NCBI GenBank assembly: GCA_036563505.1
Contig: DATCMH010000021.1
Coordinates: forward strand, 2,895-66,894
DNA length: 64,000 bases
Source of the DNA: Beijerinckiaceae bacterium
Lineage (GTDB): Bacteria > Pseudomonadota > Alphaproteobacteria > Rhizobiales > Beijerinckiaceae
Reading direction: 5' to 3'
Below are positions 28,315-38,312 of the stretch, piece after piece. The notes under the pieces were generated by a model. That model made no database searches and had not been told where the DNA came from. It worked only from the letters and a program-made list of their open reading frames with translations. The position numbers and the translations under genes were made by a program. Positions within the stretch are counted from its first letter, which is position 1, and each line of letters begins with the position of its first letter.

Positions 28315-30198
28315 GTGTCCACGTCACCTCGGACTTCGGTCCTGTCCCGCGTTCTCGACCCCCTTCTCGCCCGCCGTCTCGCCTTCGTCGTCCCTGTCGT
28401 GGGGATCACGGTGGCCGCGGCCGTGCTTGGCTACCGGCTCCTTGCCGCCGACGGCGCGATGAGCGCCCTCGATTGGGTGCTCTTCACGCTGTTCATCGTC
28501 GGCTTCGGCCTCATGGCCGTGGGCTCCTGGACGCCGATCCTCGGCGCATTGGTGGGCCGCCGCGACCGGTTCGAGGCCGAGGCGCGCTCCGTCAGCCTGC
28601 GGCCGACGGGGCTGTCCCGCACGGCGCTCCTGATGCCGATCCATGCCGAGGATCCGGTGCAGGTCTTCGCCGCGCTCGACGTCATGGCCCAGGACCTGGC
28701 GCGCCAGGAGGCCACCGACGTCGACATCTTCGTTCTCTCCGACACCCGCGATCCGGCGATCGCCGCCGAGGAGGAGGCGCAGGTCGCCGCCTGGCGCCGC
28801 CGCGAGCGCCCGGGCGACCCGCAGCTCGTCTACCGCCGGCGCGAGAAGAACACCGGCCGCAAGGCGGGCAACATCGCCGATTTCTGCGCCCGCTGGGGCG
28901 ACCAATACGACCACATGGTGGTGCTCGACGCCGACAGCATCATGAGCGCGGAGGCGATCCGCCGCCTCGTCGCCCTCATGGAGCGCCACCCCGAGACCGG
29001 CATTATCCAGAGCGTTCCCTATCCGGTGAACCGCGAGACCTTGTTCGCTCGCATCCTCCAGGCGTCGGCCCGGGTCTATTCGCCGCTCGGCGTCGCCGGC
29101 TTCGCCGCCTGGACGCAAGGAGAGGGCAGCTACTGGGGCCACAACGCCATCGTGCGCACCCGGGCTTTCCGCGATCAGTGCGAACTGCCGGTGCTTCCCG
29201 GCAAGCCGCCGCTCGGCGGCGAGATCCTCTGCCACGACATCGTCGAGGCGGCCCTGATGCGCCGCGCCGGTTACGAGGTGCGCGTCGTCAACGAACTCAA
29301 CGGCACCTTCGAGGAGATGCCGACGAACCTCATCGACTTCGTGTCCCGCGAGCGGCGGTGGTGCGAGGGCAACCTGCAGCACGCCCGCGTGCTGGGCTTC
29401 AAGGGCCTGCACTGGGCGAGCCGCTTCCACCTCGGCCTCGGCGTGCTCGCCTACGTCGCCGCGCCCTTCGGCATCCTCTCGCTGGTGCTCACCGCCGCGC
29501 AGATGGCGGCGGGCGGCGGCCGGGGCGGCTTTGATCTTTACACCGTCGGCTTCTTCGCCGAGGGCGGGATCTCGGCCCTGTTCTGGCTCTGGCTCTTCCT
29601 GTTCATCGGCCCGCGCGTCCTGTCAGTCGGCGGCGCGCTTCTCGACCCGGTCCGCCGCGCGGGCCATGGCGGGGCGGCGCGCATGCTGGCGAGCCTCGTC
29701 CTGGAGCAGGTTTTCTCCGTGTTCATGACCGCGGCGACGACCTTGCTCTACCTCTGGTTCTGCGGCGAGGTGCTCGCGGGCCGGCGCTCGGGCTGGGGCG
29801 CGCAGAGCCGCTCCGACCGCGGCGTGCCCTGGGGCGAGGCGGCGCGCTGCCTCCTGGTGCTCGCGCCCGTCGGTCTCGCCTGGGGCGCCGTTGCGCTGGC
29901 TCTCGACGTGCGCCTCTTCGTGTGGACCCTGCCGATGACGTTGGGCCTCCTCGCGGCCGTGCCGCTCGCCGTCTGGACGAGCCGCCTCGATCTCGGCCTC
30001 AAGGCCCGGGAGGCCGGCCTCTTCCTGTCGCAGGACGAGACCGACCCGGAGCCTGTCCTGAAGGCGCTCCGCCGCCGCCTCGGCGGCAGCACCGTCCCGG
30101 CGATCCACTTCCCGGATCATCTGCCGGAACCCGTCGCCGGCTCGCCGGCCCTCGTCGCCGTCCAGGCCTGGGCTGAGGACGAGACACGGGCGGCCTGA
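28315..30198 (+). CDS. opgH: Glucans biosynthesis glucosyltransferase H (OpgH/MdoH)
   Basis: GT2 motifs VLSDTRD, VVLDADS and RERRWCEGNLQH (QxxRW-type). Flanking TM segments. GTG start at 28315. Confidence 0.9.
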   Translation: MSTSPRTSVLSRVLDPLLARRLAFVVPVVGITVAAAVLGYRLLAADGAMSALDWVLFTLFIVGFGLMAVGSWTPILGALVGRRDRFEAEARSVSLRPTGLSRTALLMPIHAEDPVQVFAALDVMAQDLARQEATDVDIFVLSDTRDPAIAAEEEAQVAAWRRRERPGDPQLVYRRREKNTGRKAGNIADFCARWGDQYDHMVVLDADSIMSAEAIRRLVALMERHPETGIIQSVPYPVNRETLFARILQASARVYSPLGVAGFAAWTQGEGSYWGHNAIVRTRAFRDQCELPVLPGKPPLGGEILCHDIVEAALMRRAGYEVRVVNELNGTFEEMPTNLIDFVSRERRWCEGNLQHARVLGFKGLHWASRFHLGLGVLAYVAAPFGILSLVLTAAQMAAGGGRGGFDLYTVGFFAEGGISALFWLWLFLFIGPRVLSVGGALLDPVRRAGHGGAARMLASLVLEQVFSVFMTAATTLLYLWFCGEVLAGRRSGWGAQSRSDRGVPWGEAARCLLVLAPVGLAWGAVALALDVRLFVWTLPMTLGLLAAVPLAVWTSRLDLGLKAREAGLFLSQDETDPEPVLKALRRRLGGSTVPAIHFPDHLPEPVAGSPALVAVQAWAEDETRAA

Positions 30199-30279
30199 GG
30201 GCCGCCCCGGAGATTTGCCCACCCTGGTCCGAAGCCTGCATAACCGCTTCAATGTGAGAGAGCGGTCGGGAGCGGGTGG

Positions 30280-30729
30280 ATGGCGCGAGGAGGCCTGGGA
30301 ATCAGGGCGGCGGTGGGCTTCCTCGCCGGCGCCCTCGCGGTGGTGGCCTTCCACCAGGTCGTCATTGTCCTGCTATCGACCGCCGGCGCGCTGCCGGCGG
30401 GCGCGGCCTACGCGACCCGCCCGATCCCGCCGCTCGGTGTGCCGCAGGTTCTGAACCTCGCCTTCTGGGGCGGCGTCTGGGGGATCGTCTACGCGCTGCT
30501 GGTCGCAGGCCGACGGTTCGGAGCGCTTTCGCCCCTCCTCATCGGCCTCATCTTCGGCGCCGCGCTGCCGACGCTCTTCGGCTGGTTCGTCGTCCCGGCG
30601 CTCAAGGGTGCGGCGGGCGGCTTCCCGCCGCCGAGCCGCATCTGGATCGGTCCCCTCGTGAACGGGGCCTGGGGACTCGGGACGGCGCTGTTCGTCGGCC
30701 TCTTCGCCCGCTCTCGCCGCTTGACCTGA
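30280..30729 (+). CDS. Hypothetical integral membrane protein (149 aa, ~4 TM)
   Basis: High GC3 and four hydrophobic segments. The alternative-frame ORF 30276..30923 is Arg/Pro-rich junk. Confidence 0.65.
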   Translation: MARGGLGIRAAVGFLAGALAVVAFHQVVIVLLSTAGALPAGAAYATRPIPPLGVPQVLNLAFWGGVWGIVYALLVAGRRFGALSPLLIGLIFGAALPTLFGWFVVPALKGAAGGFPPPSRIWIGPLVNGAWGLGTALFVGLFARSRRLT

Positions 30730-30747
30730 GGCGGGTCTGCGACAGGC

Positions 30748-31032
30748 TTACTTCCGGCCCGCTGCCTGACGGCTCTGAGCCTTCACGGCATTCTCGACCT
30801 TGTCGAGCTTGTCCTCAAGCTTGTCGAGCTTTGCCAGGATCTGGGTCAGGATGTCCGGCACGACCCGGGCGTGGTCCGCCGTCTCTCGAGACGCTTTGGC
30901 GCCCGCCCGCACCGCCTCGATGAGCTCGCGCATCTCGGCGGGCGTGGCTTCCTGGGTCGCGGGCGCGCCTTGCGCGAAGGCCGGCATCGGCAGGCAGAGG
31001 CAGCCGAACAGGATCAGATTACGGCACCGCAT
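30748..31032 (-). CDS. Small secreted coiled-coil protein (94 aa)
   Basis: Signal peptide MRCRNLILFGCLCLPMPAFAQG. Heptad-like ILAKLDKLEDKLDKVENAVKA. High GC3. Confidence 0.6.
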   Translation of the reverse strand: MRCRNLILFGCLCLPMPAFAQGAPATQEATPAEMRELIEAVRAGAKASRETADHARVVPDILTQILAKLDKLEDKLDKVENAVKAQSRQAAGRK

Positions 31033-31134
31033 CGGCTTCTCGCCCCCATTTTGATTCGTGGTGCGGCGACCTTGGGCGAGGGTGGGGCAGGGAGCAACCG
31101 GGAGGCGGTGCTCGGCAAATGCCCATCAGGCCGT

Positions 31135-31189
31135 CACCCCTTATTCGCCTGCATGCGGCAAGCACCTTCTCCCGCAGAGGTGAGAAGGT
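31135..31189. repeat. Solo palindromic repeat unit downstream of lepA
   Basis: caccccttattcgcctgcatgcggcaagcaccttctcccgcagaggtgagaaggt parallels 11390-11443 (caccccctcatccgcctgcctgcggcaggcaccttctcccacgaggggagaaggt). Confidence 0.75.
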
Positions 31190-31205
31190 TCCGCGTCCTC
31201 GCCCC

Positions 31206-33011
31206 TCAGCTGTCCATCTTCAGCGCGGCGATGAACGCCTCTTGCGGGATCTCGACGCGGCCGAACTGGCGCATGCGCTTCTTGCCCTCCTTCTGCTTCT
31301 CAAGGAGCTTGCGCTTGCGGGTGGCGTCGCCGCCGTAGCACTTAGCCGTCACGTCTTTGCGCAGCGCCCGCACGGTCTCACGGGCGATGATCTTGCCGCC
31401 GATCGCCGCCTGGATCGGGATCTGGAACAGGTGCGGCGGGATGAGGTCCTTCAACTTCTCGCACATTGCCCGGCCGCGCATGTCGGCGCGGGCCCGATGC
31501 ACGAGCATGGATAGGGCATCGACCGGCTCGGCGTTCACGAGAATCGACATCTTCACGAGGTCGCCCTCGCGGTAGTCCGAGATGTGGTAGTCGAAGCTCG
31601 CGTAGCCCTTCGAGATCGATTTCAGCCGGTCGTAGAAGTCGAACACCACCTCGTTCAGCGGCAGGTCGTAGACCACCATGGCGCGCTTGCCGACGTAGTT
31701 GAGATCGATCTGCACCCCGCGCCGGTCTTGGCAGAGCTTGAGCACCGAGCCGAGATAATCGTCCGGCGTGAGGATCGTGGCGCGAATCCAGGGCTCCTGA
31801 ATCGTCTCGATCTTCATGACGTCCGGCATGTCGGCCGGGTTGTGCAGCTCGATCTCCTCGCCGCTGGTGAGCGCGATCTTGTAGACCACGGACGGCGCAG
31901 TGGAGATGAGGTCGAGGTTGAACTCCCGCTCCAGACGCTCCTGGATGATCTCGAGATGCAGGAGGCCCAAGAAGCCGCAGCGAAAGCCGAAGCCGAGCGC
32001 CGCCGAGGTCTCCATCTCGTAGGAGAAGCTCGCGTCGTTGAGGCGAAGCCGGCCCATGGCGGCGCGCAGGTCCTCGAACTGCGCCGCGTCCACGGGGAAG
32101 AGGCCGCAGAACACAACGGGCTGCACCGGCTTGAAGCCCGGCAGCGGCGAGAGGGTCTGGCGCCGCTCCTCCGTGATCGTGTCGCCGACGCGGGTGTCGG
32201 CCACCTCCTTGATGGAGCCGGTGAGGAAGCCGACCTCGCCGGGGCCGAGCTCGGCCGCGTCCTGCATCTTCGGCCGGAACACGCCGATGCGGTCGACGCC
32301 GTAGGACGCGCCGGTGCCGACCATCCGTACCGTCATGCCCTTCTTCAACACACCGTCGAAGACCCGAACCAGCACGACGACGCCGAGATAGGCGTCGTAC
32401 CAGCTGTCGACGAGAAGGGCTTTCAGCGGCGCCGCCCGGTCGCCCTTCGGGGGCGGCAGGCGGGTGACGATGGCCTCCAACACCGCCTCGATGTTGAGGC
32501 CGGTCTTGGCCGAGATCGGCACGGCCTGCGAGGCGTCGATACCGATCACCTCCTCGATCTGCTCCTTGACCCGGTCCGGCTCGGCGGCGGGCAGGTCGAT
32601 CTTGTTGAGGACGGGCACGATCTCGTGGTTGGCGTCGATCGCCTGATAGACGTTGGCGAGCGTCTGCGCCTCGACGCCTTGGCTTGCGTCGACGACGAGG
32701 AGCGACCCCTCGCAGGCCGCGAGCGACCGCGAGACCTCGTAGGCGAAGTCGACGTGGCCGGGCGTGTCCATCAGGTTCAGGACGTAGGTCTTGCCGTCCT
32801 TCGCCGGGTATTCGAGGCGCACCGTCTGCGCCTTGATGGTGATGCCGCGCTCGCGCTCGATGTCCATGGAATCGAGCACCTGCTCCATCATCTCGCGCTC
32901 GGCGAGCGCGCCGGTGGTCTGGATAAGGCGGTCGGCGAGGGTGGATTTGCCGTGGTCGATATGGGCGACGATGGAGAAGTTGCGGACGAGGTCGATGGGC
33001 TCGGTGGTCAT
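31206..33011 (-). CDS. lepA: Translation elongation factor 4 (LepA)
   Basis: Internal ATG 33011 gives [33 protein letters not shown] and the LepA C-terminal domain are present; 601 aa. Confidence 0.96.
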   Translation of the reverse strand: MTTEPIDLVRNFSIVAHIDHGKSTLADRLIQTTGALAEREMMEQVLDSMDIERERGITIKAQTVRLEYPAKDGKTYVLNLMDTPGHVDFAYEVSRSLAACEGSLLVVDASQGVEAQTLANVYQAIDANHEIVPVLNKIDLPAAEPDRVKEQIEEVIGIDASQAVPISAKTGLNIEAVLEAIVTRLPPPKGDRAAPLKALLVDSWYDAYLGVVVLVRVFDGVLKKGMTVRMVGTGASYGVDRIGVFRPKMQDAAELGPGEVGFLTGSIKEVADTRVGDTITEERRQTLSPLPGFKPVQPVVFCGLFPVDAAQFEDLRAAMGRLRLNDASFSYEMETSAALGFGFRCGFLGLLHLEIIQERLEREFNLDLISTAPSVVYKIALTSGEEIELHNPADMPDVMKIETIQEPWIRATILTPDDYLGSVLKLCQDRRGVQIDLNYVGKRAMVVYDLPLNEVVFDFYDRLKSISKGYASFDYHISDYREGDLVKMSILVNAEPVDALSMLVHRARADMRGRAMCEKLKDLIPPHLFQIPIQAAIGGKIIARETVRALRKDVTAKCYGGDATRKRKLLEKQKEGKKRMRQFGRVEIPQEAFIAALKMDS

Positions 33012-33126
33012 GCCGGGTCTCGGGCGCCGCGACGGAATGAGCGCCGCACGATGGTAAGGGTCGCGCGGCCATAGCAGCGGGGACCCGAAAGGCCAAGGGA
33101 GCGCGGCGTCGCGGACGAGAGCGCGC

Positions 33127-33156
33127 TTGACCTGCAAACGAACTTATCCATTATAT
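33127..33156 (+). promoter_or_regulatory. Candidate sigma70 promoter giving a leaderless mRNA for the XRE-cupin regulator
   Basis: TTGACC (33127-33132)-N18-TTATAT (33151-33156). The ATG at 33162 begins 6 nt after the -10 hexamer (5 intervening nt). No SD is present. Confidence 0.45.
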
Positions 33157-33161
33157 GAGAC

Positions 33162-33749
33162 ATGAAATCTCTCATAAGAGACGATACGGACGCGCTTGAT
33201 GGGCGCATTGCTCAGCGCCTGCGCCGCGAGCGTCAAGACCTCGACTTGTCGCTCGAGGAGCTCAGCGCGCGCTGCGGCGTCAGCCGGGCCATGATCTCGA
33301 AGATCGAGCGCGGCGAGGCGAGCCCGACCGCGGCGCTGCTGGGCCGTCTCTGCGCCGGTCTGGGCCTGAGCCTGGCCCAGCTCTTCGCCGACGAAAGCCA
33401 GCCGCCCGATCCTCTGTCGCGCCGCGCCGCGCAGGTCACCTGGCGCGACCCCGAGACGGGTTACGTGCGCCGCGACGTCAGCCCGCCGGGACTCGGCCGT
33501 TTCGAGATCGTGGACGTCACCTTCCCGCCCGGCGCCCGCGTGGTGTTCGAGAACGCCTGGTCGCTGCGCCCGATCGACCAACAGGTTTGGGTGCTCGACG
33601 GGGTGCTCGAGCTGACGCTGGGCGACGCGCGCCACCGGCTCGAGACTGGCGACTGCCTCCACATGCGCCTCGACCGGCCCATCGCCTACCACAACCCGAC
33701 GGACCGCCCCGTGCGCTACGCCGTCGTGCTGACCCTGGAGGAGCCTTAG
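33162..33749 (+). CDS. XRE-family HTH regulator with C-terminal cupin domain
   Basis: HTH LSLEELSARCGVSRAMISKIERGE. Cupin beta-barrel C-terminus (WVLDGVLELTLGD..LETGDCLHM). Confidence 0.88.
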   Translation: MKSLIRDDTDALDGRIAQRLRRERQDLDLSLEELSARCGVSRAMISKIERGEASPTAALLGRLCAGLGLSLAQLFADESQPPDPLSRRAAQVTWRDPETGYVRRDVSPPGLGRFEIVDVTFPPGARVVFENAWSLRPIDQQVWVLDGVLELTLGDARHRLETGDCLHMRLDRPIAYHNPTDRPVRYAVVLTLEEP

Positions 33750-34273
33750 TGCCTGATGCCGTGATCCGCGCGCTCACCTCCGACGAGGCCGAGCGGCGCC
33801 TGCCCGAACTCGCCGCGATCCTGACCGACGCCGTGGCGGGTGGAGCTTCCGTCAACTTCCTCGCCGACTTCACGCCCGCCGACGCCGAGGCGTTCTGGCG
33901 ACGTCAGCTCGCGGGCTTCGCGGGCGGCTCCCAGCGACTGTTCGCGGCGGAGGAGGGCGGGCGGCTCGTCGGAACGGTGATCCTGTTCTTCGCCCAGCAG
34001 CCGAACCAGCCCCATCGCGGTGAGATCGGCAAGATGCTGGTCCTGCGCGACAGGCGCGGGCGAGGGATCGGGCGAAAACTCCTGACGGCGGCGGAGGATG
34101 CCGCGCGGGAGGCCGGGAAGACGCTTCTTGTCCTCGACACCGCGGAGGGCTCGGCCGGCGAGCGCCTCTACCGCGCCTGCGGCTGGACCGCCTTTGGCAT
34201 GGTGCCCGGTTACTCGCTCACCACCGACGGCCGCCTGGAGAACTGCGTGTTCTTCTACAAAGCGATCGCGTGA
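33749..34273 (+). CDS. GNAT family N-acetyltransferase
   Basis: GTG 33749 overlaps the regulator TAG by 1 nt. Acetyl-CoA motif A is LRDRRGRGIGRKLL. Confidence 0.82.
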   Translation: MPDAVIRALTSDEAERRLPELAAILTDAVAGGASVNFLADFTPADAEAFWRRQLAGFAGGSQRLFAAEEGGRLVGTVILFFAQQPNQPHRGEIGKMLVLRDRRGRGIGRKLLTAAEDAAREAGKTLLVLDTAEGSAGERLYRACGWTAFGMVPGYSLTTDGRLENCVFFYKAIA

Positions 34274-34283
34274 CGAGGCGGCG

Positions 34284-34790
34284 ATGGCGATCAGCATCGA
34301 GCCTGCGCGGGAGGCTCACCTGCCCGCGATCCTCGCGATCCACAACGACGCGGTGCTGACGACCACCGCGATCTGGGACGAAACGCCCGTCGACCTCGAG
34401 AACCGCCGCGCCCTGCTGAGCGACCGTCACGCCCGGGGCTACCCCTTCCTGGTAGCCTTGGAGGACGGCGCCGTCCTCGCCTACGCCTCGTTCGGAGACT
34501 TCCGCGCCTGGGCGGGCTACCGCCACACGGTCGAGCACTCGGTCTACGTCCATCGTGATCACCGCGGGCGGGGCGTGGCGCGCCTACTTCTGCCGCCCCT
34601 GGTCGAGGCCGCGCGTCGCCTCGACAAGCACGTGATGATCGCCGGCATCGAGGCCGCGAACGAGGCCTCGCTGAAGCTGCACGCCCGCTTCGGCTTCCGC
34701 GAGGCAGGACGGCTGCCGGAGGTCGGAACCAAGTTCGGCCGCTGGCTGGACCTCGTCTTTCTGCACAAGCGCCTCGACGCGCCCGCCTGA
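34284..34790 (+). CDS. GNAT N-acetyltransferase, phosphinothricin/MSO acetyltransferase (PAT)-like
   Basis: [24 protein letters not shown]..., [14 protein letters not shown], and [17 protein letters not shown] typical of PAT/MddA-like GNATs. Confidence 0.82.
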   Translation: MAISIEPAREAHLPAILAIHNDAVLTTTAIWDETPVDLENRRALLSDRHARGYPFLVALEDGAVLAYASFGDFRAWAGYRHTVEHSVYVHRDHRGRGVARLLLPPLVEAARRLDKHVMIAGIEAANEASLKLHARFGFREAGRLPEVGTKFGRWLDLVFLHKRLDAPA

Positions 34791-34902
34791 AGCCCGGAGC
34801 GACCATCCGATCGCGGTTAAGCGGGATTTAAGGGCCGTCCTTCATCGTGCCGGCATCTTCCCTCACGTCAGCGTTCGCGCCGACCCTCGAGATCCGGCCC
34901 CG

Positions 34903-36591
34903 ATGTCTTTCCTGGTCAACTTGTCCATCGCGAAGAAGCTCGTGCTCGCCTTCGCCACCCTGTTCCTGGTCGTCGCGGGGTCGACGGCGGTGAGCTACCA
35001 TGACCTCGGCATCATCGAGGACACGACGCGGCTCACGGCCCGCAGCAACGAGCTCCTCGATGTCATCGACGGCATGACCGACGGCATCAAGGATCAGGAG
35101 AACAGCGTCCGCGCCTTCCTGATCTCGCCCGACGACAAGTTCCTCGCGCCCTACAAGAAGGGAGCGGAGGCCTACGAGCGAGCCTACGCCAAGGCGAAGG
35201 CGATGATGGCCGACGATCCGGCTCAAGCGAAGCGGCTCGAAGAGCTCAACGCCCATGCCCGTACGTGGAAGCGCGACATCGCCGACAAAGAGATCGAGCT
35301 GATGGGCAGCTTCGTCACCCAGGTCGAGGCGCGCCAGATCGAGATCGCCGGCCTCGGCCAGGCGGCTATGGACGGCATCAAAACGGCGGCCGCAGCGATT
35401 GAGACCGTCGAGCGCCAGCGGCTCACGGCCCGGCAGGCCGAGGCGGACGCCGCCATCGCCGCGTCCCGCACCGTGGCGCTCGGCGCGCTCGCCGTCATGC
35501 TGACGATCGTCGTCGGCGCGATGCTCACCCTCCAGCGCGGCATCGCCGCTCCGATCCGCGCGATGACCGAGGTCATGGGGCGCCTGGCGCGCGACGACAC
35601 GAGCGTCGCGGTCCCGGGGCTCGGCCGCCGCGACGAGGTCGGTGCTATGGCCGCGGCCGTGGAGGTCTTCAAGCGCAATGCCGTCGAGCGGGCCGGACTG
35701 GCGGAAGAGGCGAAGGCGCTCGACGCCCGGGCGCTCGCCGAGAAGCGCCGGGCCATGGCGGACCTCGCGCGGAACTTCGAGTCGACCGTCGGCGGACTCG
35801 TGCGCTCCCTGTCCACGGCAGCTTCGGGCATGGAGACCACGGCGCGCTCCATGTCGGCGACGGCGGAGGAGACGAACCGGCAGTCGGGCACCGTCGCGTC
35901 AGCGGCGCAGGTGACCTCCTCCAACGTTCAGGCCGTCGCGGCCGCCACCGAGGAGCTCGCGGCCTCGGCGGGCGAGATCGGCGCGCAGGTCACCGAATCC
36001 TCCAACATCGCCGCCCGGGCGGTGGAGGACGCGCAGCGCTCGAACAGCATCGTCCAGGCGCTCGCCTCCAACACCCAGAAGATCGGCGAGGTGGTAAGCC
36101 TCATCAGCTCCATCGCGAGCCAGACCAACCTCCTGGCGCTCAACGCCACCATCGAGGCGGCTCGCGCCGGCGAGGCAGGGCGCGGCTTCGCGGTCGTGGC
36201 TTCCGAGGTCAAGGAGCTCGCGAGCCAGACCTCGAAGGCGACGGAGGAGATCTCGGCCCAGATCGCGCAGATCCAGAGCTCGACGCAGGTCGCCGTCGAG
36301 GCGATCCGCGGCGTGAGCGGCACCATCACCACCATGCACCAGATCGCGAGCGGCGTGGCCGCCGCCATCGAGGAGCAGCAGGCGGCGACGCAAGAGATCG
36401 CCCGCAACGTCAGCGAAGCGGCGCGGGGCACGCAGGACGTGACCGAGACGATCTCCGGCGTCCGTCACGCGGCGACGCAGACCGGATCGGCCTCCGCCCA
36501 GGTTCTGGCCTCCGCGAACGAGCTGGCCCAGGGCGCCTCCGCTCTCAGCCAGGAAGTGGAGCGGTTCCTCGCGGGCCTGCGGGCGGCGTGA
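34903..36591 (+). CDS. Methyl-accepting chemotaxis protein (CHASE3-like sensor, HAMP, MA domain)
   Basis: N-terminal TM plus CHASE3-like region, a second TM, HAMP, and the conserved signalling hairpin [37 protein letters not shown]. Confidence 0.92.
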   Translation: MSFLVNLSIAKKLVLAFATLFLVVAGSTAVSYHDLGIIEDTTRLTARSNELLDVIDGMTDGIKDQENSVRAFLISPDDKFLAPYKKGAEAYERAYAKAKAMMADDPAQAKRLEELNAHARTWKRDIADKEIELMGSFVTQVEARQIEIAGLGQAAMDGIKTAAAAIETVERQRLTARQAEADAAIAASRTVALGALAVMLTIVVGAMLTLQRGIAAPIRAMTEVMGRLARDDTSVAVPGLGRRDEVGAMAAAVEVFKRNAVERAGLAEEAKALDARALAEKRRAMADLARNFESTVGGLVRSLSTAASGMETTARSMSATAEETNRQSGTVASAAQVTSSNVQAVAAATEELAASAGEIGAQVTESSNIAARAVEDAQRSNSIVQALASNTQKIGEVVSLISSIASQTNLLALNATIEAARAGEAGRGFAVVASEVKELASQTSKATEEISAQIAQIQSSTQVAVEAIRGVSGTITTMHQIASGVAAAIEEQQAATQEIARNVSEAARGTQDVTETISGVRHAATQTGSASAQVLASANELAQGASALSQEVERFLAGLRAA

Positions 36592-37112
36592 GCACGGCGC
36601 TGTCCGTCGTCCGCGCAACCTCGGACGACCTGCCGTTCATTCTCGCGACCGAGCGCCTCGACGGCTACGAGGCGCTCGTTGGCCGCTGGGAAGAAGCGCG
36701 TCATAGGACGGCACTCTCCGATCCGCGGCATGCCTATTTCATCGCCCGCGAAGGAGGCGTCGCCGTCGGCTTTGGCATTCTGCGCGATTGGGACAGCCCG
36801 GAGCGCGTCACGCTGGTGAAGCGGATCGCGGTGACAGAGCCGGGGCAGGGGCGCGGACGAGCGTTCCTCACGGCGCTCGCCGACGTCGCTTTTCTGAGAA
36901 CGCACGTCCATCGCCTCTGGCTCGGCGTCTTCCCTGAGAACGCGCGGGCGCGGCGCGCCTACGAGGCGGCCGGCTTCGCGGCCGAAGGAATCGCCCGCGG
37001 CAGCGCGTATTTCGGCGGCGTCCACCGGGACGAGCTGATCATGGCTCTGCTCCGCCCGGATTGGGAGACGAGGCGCCGCCCTATCGCCCCCGTTCCAGCA
37101 GCCGGCTCATGA
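36588..37112 (+). CDS. GNAT family N-acetyltransferase, translationally coupled to the MCP
   Basis: GTG overlaps the MCP TGA (GTGA). Motif A is [13 protein letters not shown]; [13 protein letters not shown] also present. The last 32 nt overlap the hrcA 3' end. Confidence 0.78.
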   Translation: MSTALSVVRATSDDLPFILATERLDGYEALVGRWEEARHRTALSDPRHAYFIAREGGVAVGFGILRDWDSPERVTLVKRIAVTEPGQGRGRAFLTALADVAFLRTHVHRLWLGVFPENARARRAYEAAGFAAEGIARGSAYFGGVHRDELIMALLRPDWETRRRPIAPVPAAGS

Positions 37113-38172
37113 CCTTGGCCGTGTAGTCCACCATCGGCACGATGCGGGCGTAGTTGAGCCGGGTCGGCCCGATGATGCCCAGCACGCCGACGATCTGCTG
37201 GTTCCCGTCCCGGAAGGGCGCGGCGACGATCGACGAGCCGGACATCGAGAACAGCTTGTTCTCCGAACCGATGAAGATGCGCACGCCCTCGCCCTCCTCG
37301 GCGCGGGCGAGGATGTCGATGACGTCGGTCTGGGTCTCGAGATCCGCGAAGAGGAGGCGAATGCGCTCCAGGTCCTCGGCGGCGCGCAAGTCCTCCAGGA
37401 GATTAGCCTGGCCGCGCACGATGAGCTGGCGCGCCTCGCTCGGGCCGACCGTCGTGGCGAGCCCCGCTTCGACGAGGCGTGCGGTGATCTCGTCGAGCTC
37501 GCGTTTCATCTCGGCGCGACGGGCTTCGACCTCGCCCTTCAGCTCCCCGAGGGTGCGGCCGCGGATGCGGGCGTTGAGGAAGTTCGCCGCCTCCTGCAGG
37601 GCCGAAGCCGGCAGGCCGGGAGGCAGGGCGAGAAGGCGGTTCTCGACCGTGCCGTCCTCAGCGACGAGCACGACGAGGGCCCGCTCCGGGTCGAGGCGCA
37701 CGAACTCGACGTGCTTGAGCCGCGCGTTGGTCTTTGTCGTCACGACGACGCCGGCGCCGCGCGAGACGCCGGACAGAAGGGCGGAGGCTTCCGCCAGCGC
37801 CGTGTCGAAGGTGTGCCCGCTCGCGGCCGCGCGCATCTGCGCCTCGATGCGGCCCCGCTCCTCGGCACCGACGTCGCCGATCTCGAGCAGCGCGTCGACG
37901 AAGAAGCGCAGGCCCAGCTCCGTCGGCAGGCGGCCGGCCGAGGTGTGGGGGGCGTAGATCAGCCCGGCCTGCTCCAGATCCGCCATGACGTTGCGCACGG
38001 AGGCCGGCGAGAGCGTCATCGGGATGATGCGCGCGATGTTGCGGGAGCCCACCGGCTCGCCGGTCACGAGGTAGCTCTCGACGATCTGGCGGAAGATCTC
38101 GCGGGAGCGCTCGTTCAGGTCCGCGAGCGCGCGGGTTTGCAGGGGCGAGGGGGATCGCGTCGGCAGGTTCAT
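37081..38172 (-). CDS. hrcA: Heat-inducible transcription repressor HrcA
   Basis: Internal ATG 38172. [26 protein letters not shown] winged-helix N-terminus; 363 aa. Confidence 0.93.
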   Translation of the reverse strand: MNLPTRSPSPLQTRALADLNERSREIFRQIVESYLVTGEPVGSRNIARIIPMTLSPASVRNVMADLEQAGLIYAPHTSAGRLPTELGLRFFVDALLEIGDVGAEERGRIEAQMRAAASGHTFDTALAEASALLSGVSRGAGVVVTTKTNARLKHVEFVRLDPERALVVLVAEDGTVENRLLALPPGLPASALQEAANFLNARIRGRTLGELKGEVEARRAEMKRELDEITARLVEAGLATTVGPSEARQLIVRGQANLLEDLRAAEDLERIRLLFADLETQTDVIDILARAEEGEGVRIFIGSENKLFSMSGSSIVAAPFRDGNQQIVGVLGIIGPTRLNYARIVPMVDYTAKVMSRLLERGR

Positions 38173-38214
38173 CGGGGTCAGGACGTCCTCGAGGACAAGC
38201 GCGGCAACGCTGCA

Positions 38215-38243
38215 TGATGGGGAGGAGCGAAGGTTGGCGCAAG
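38215..38243 (-). promoter_or_regulatory. Sigma-32 (RpoH)-type promoter candidate upstream of hrcA
   Basis: Minus strand reads CTTGCG-N15-CCCCATCA, compared with the E. coli sigma32 consensus CTTGAA-N13-15-CCCCATNT. Lies about 40 nt upstream of the hrcA ATG. Confidence 0.45.
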
Positions 38244-38312
38244 CGCGCGTGATGCGGCCTTGCCGCTCACGCCCCCCTCGCCTAAACGGGCGCCTCAACC
38301 GGAGAGCACCCC

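Noticed and set aside
33162-34273. XRE + GNAT as a GNAT-type toxin-antitoxin pair (TacT/AtaT-like)
   Set aside because: Known GNAT toxins pair with small RHH/DUF1778 antitoxins. Here the upstream gene is a 195-aa HTH-cupin ligand-sensing regulator, and a second PAT-like GNAT follows. A metabolic or detoxification role is more likely.
38173-38312. CIRCE operator (TTAGCACTC-N9-GAGTGCTAA) at hrcA
   Set aside because: No match to the inverted repeat in this spacer or elsewhere in the window by eye. groESL/dnaK, the usual CIRCE carriers, are not in the window.
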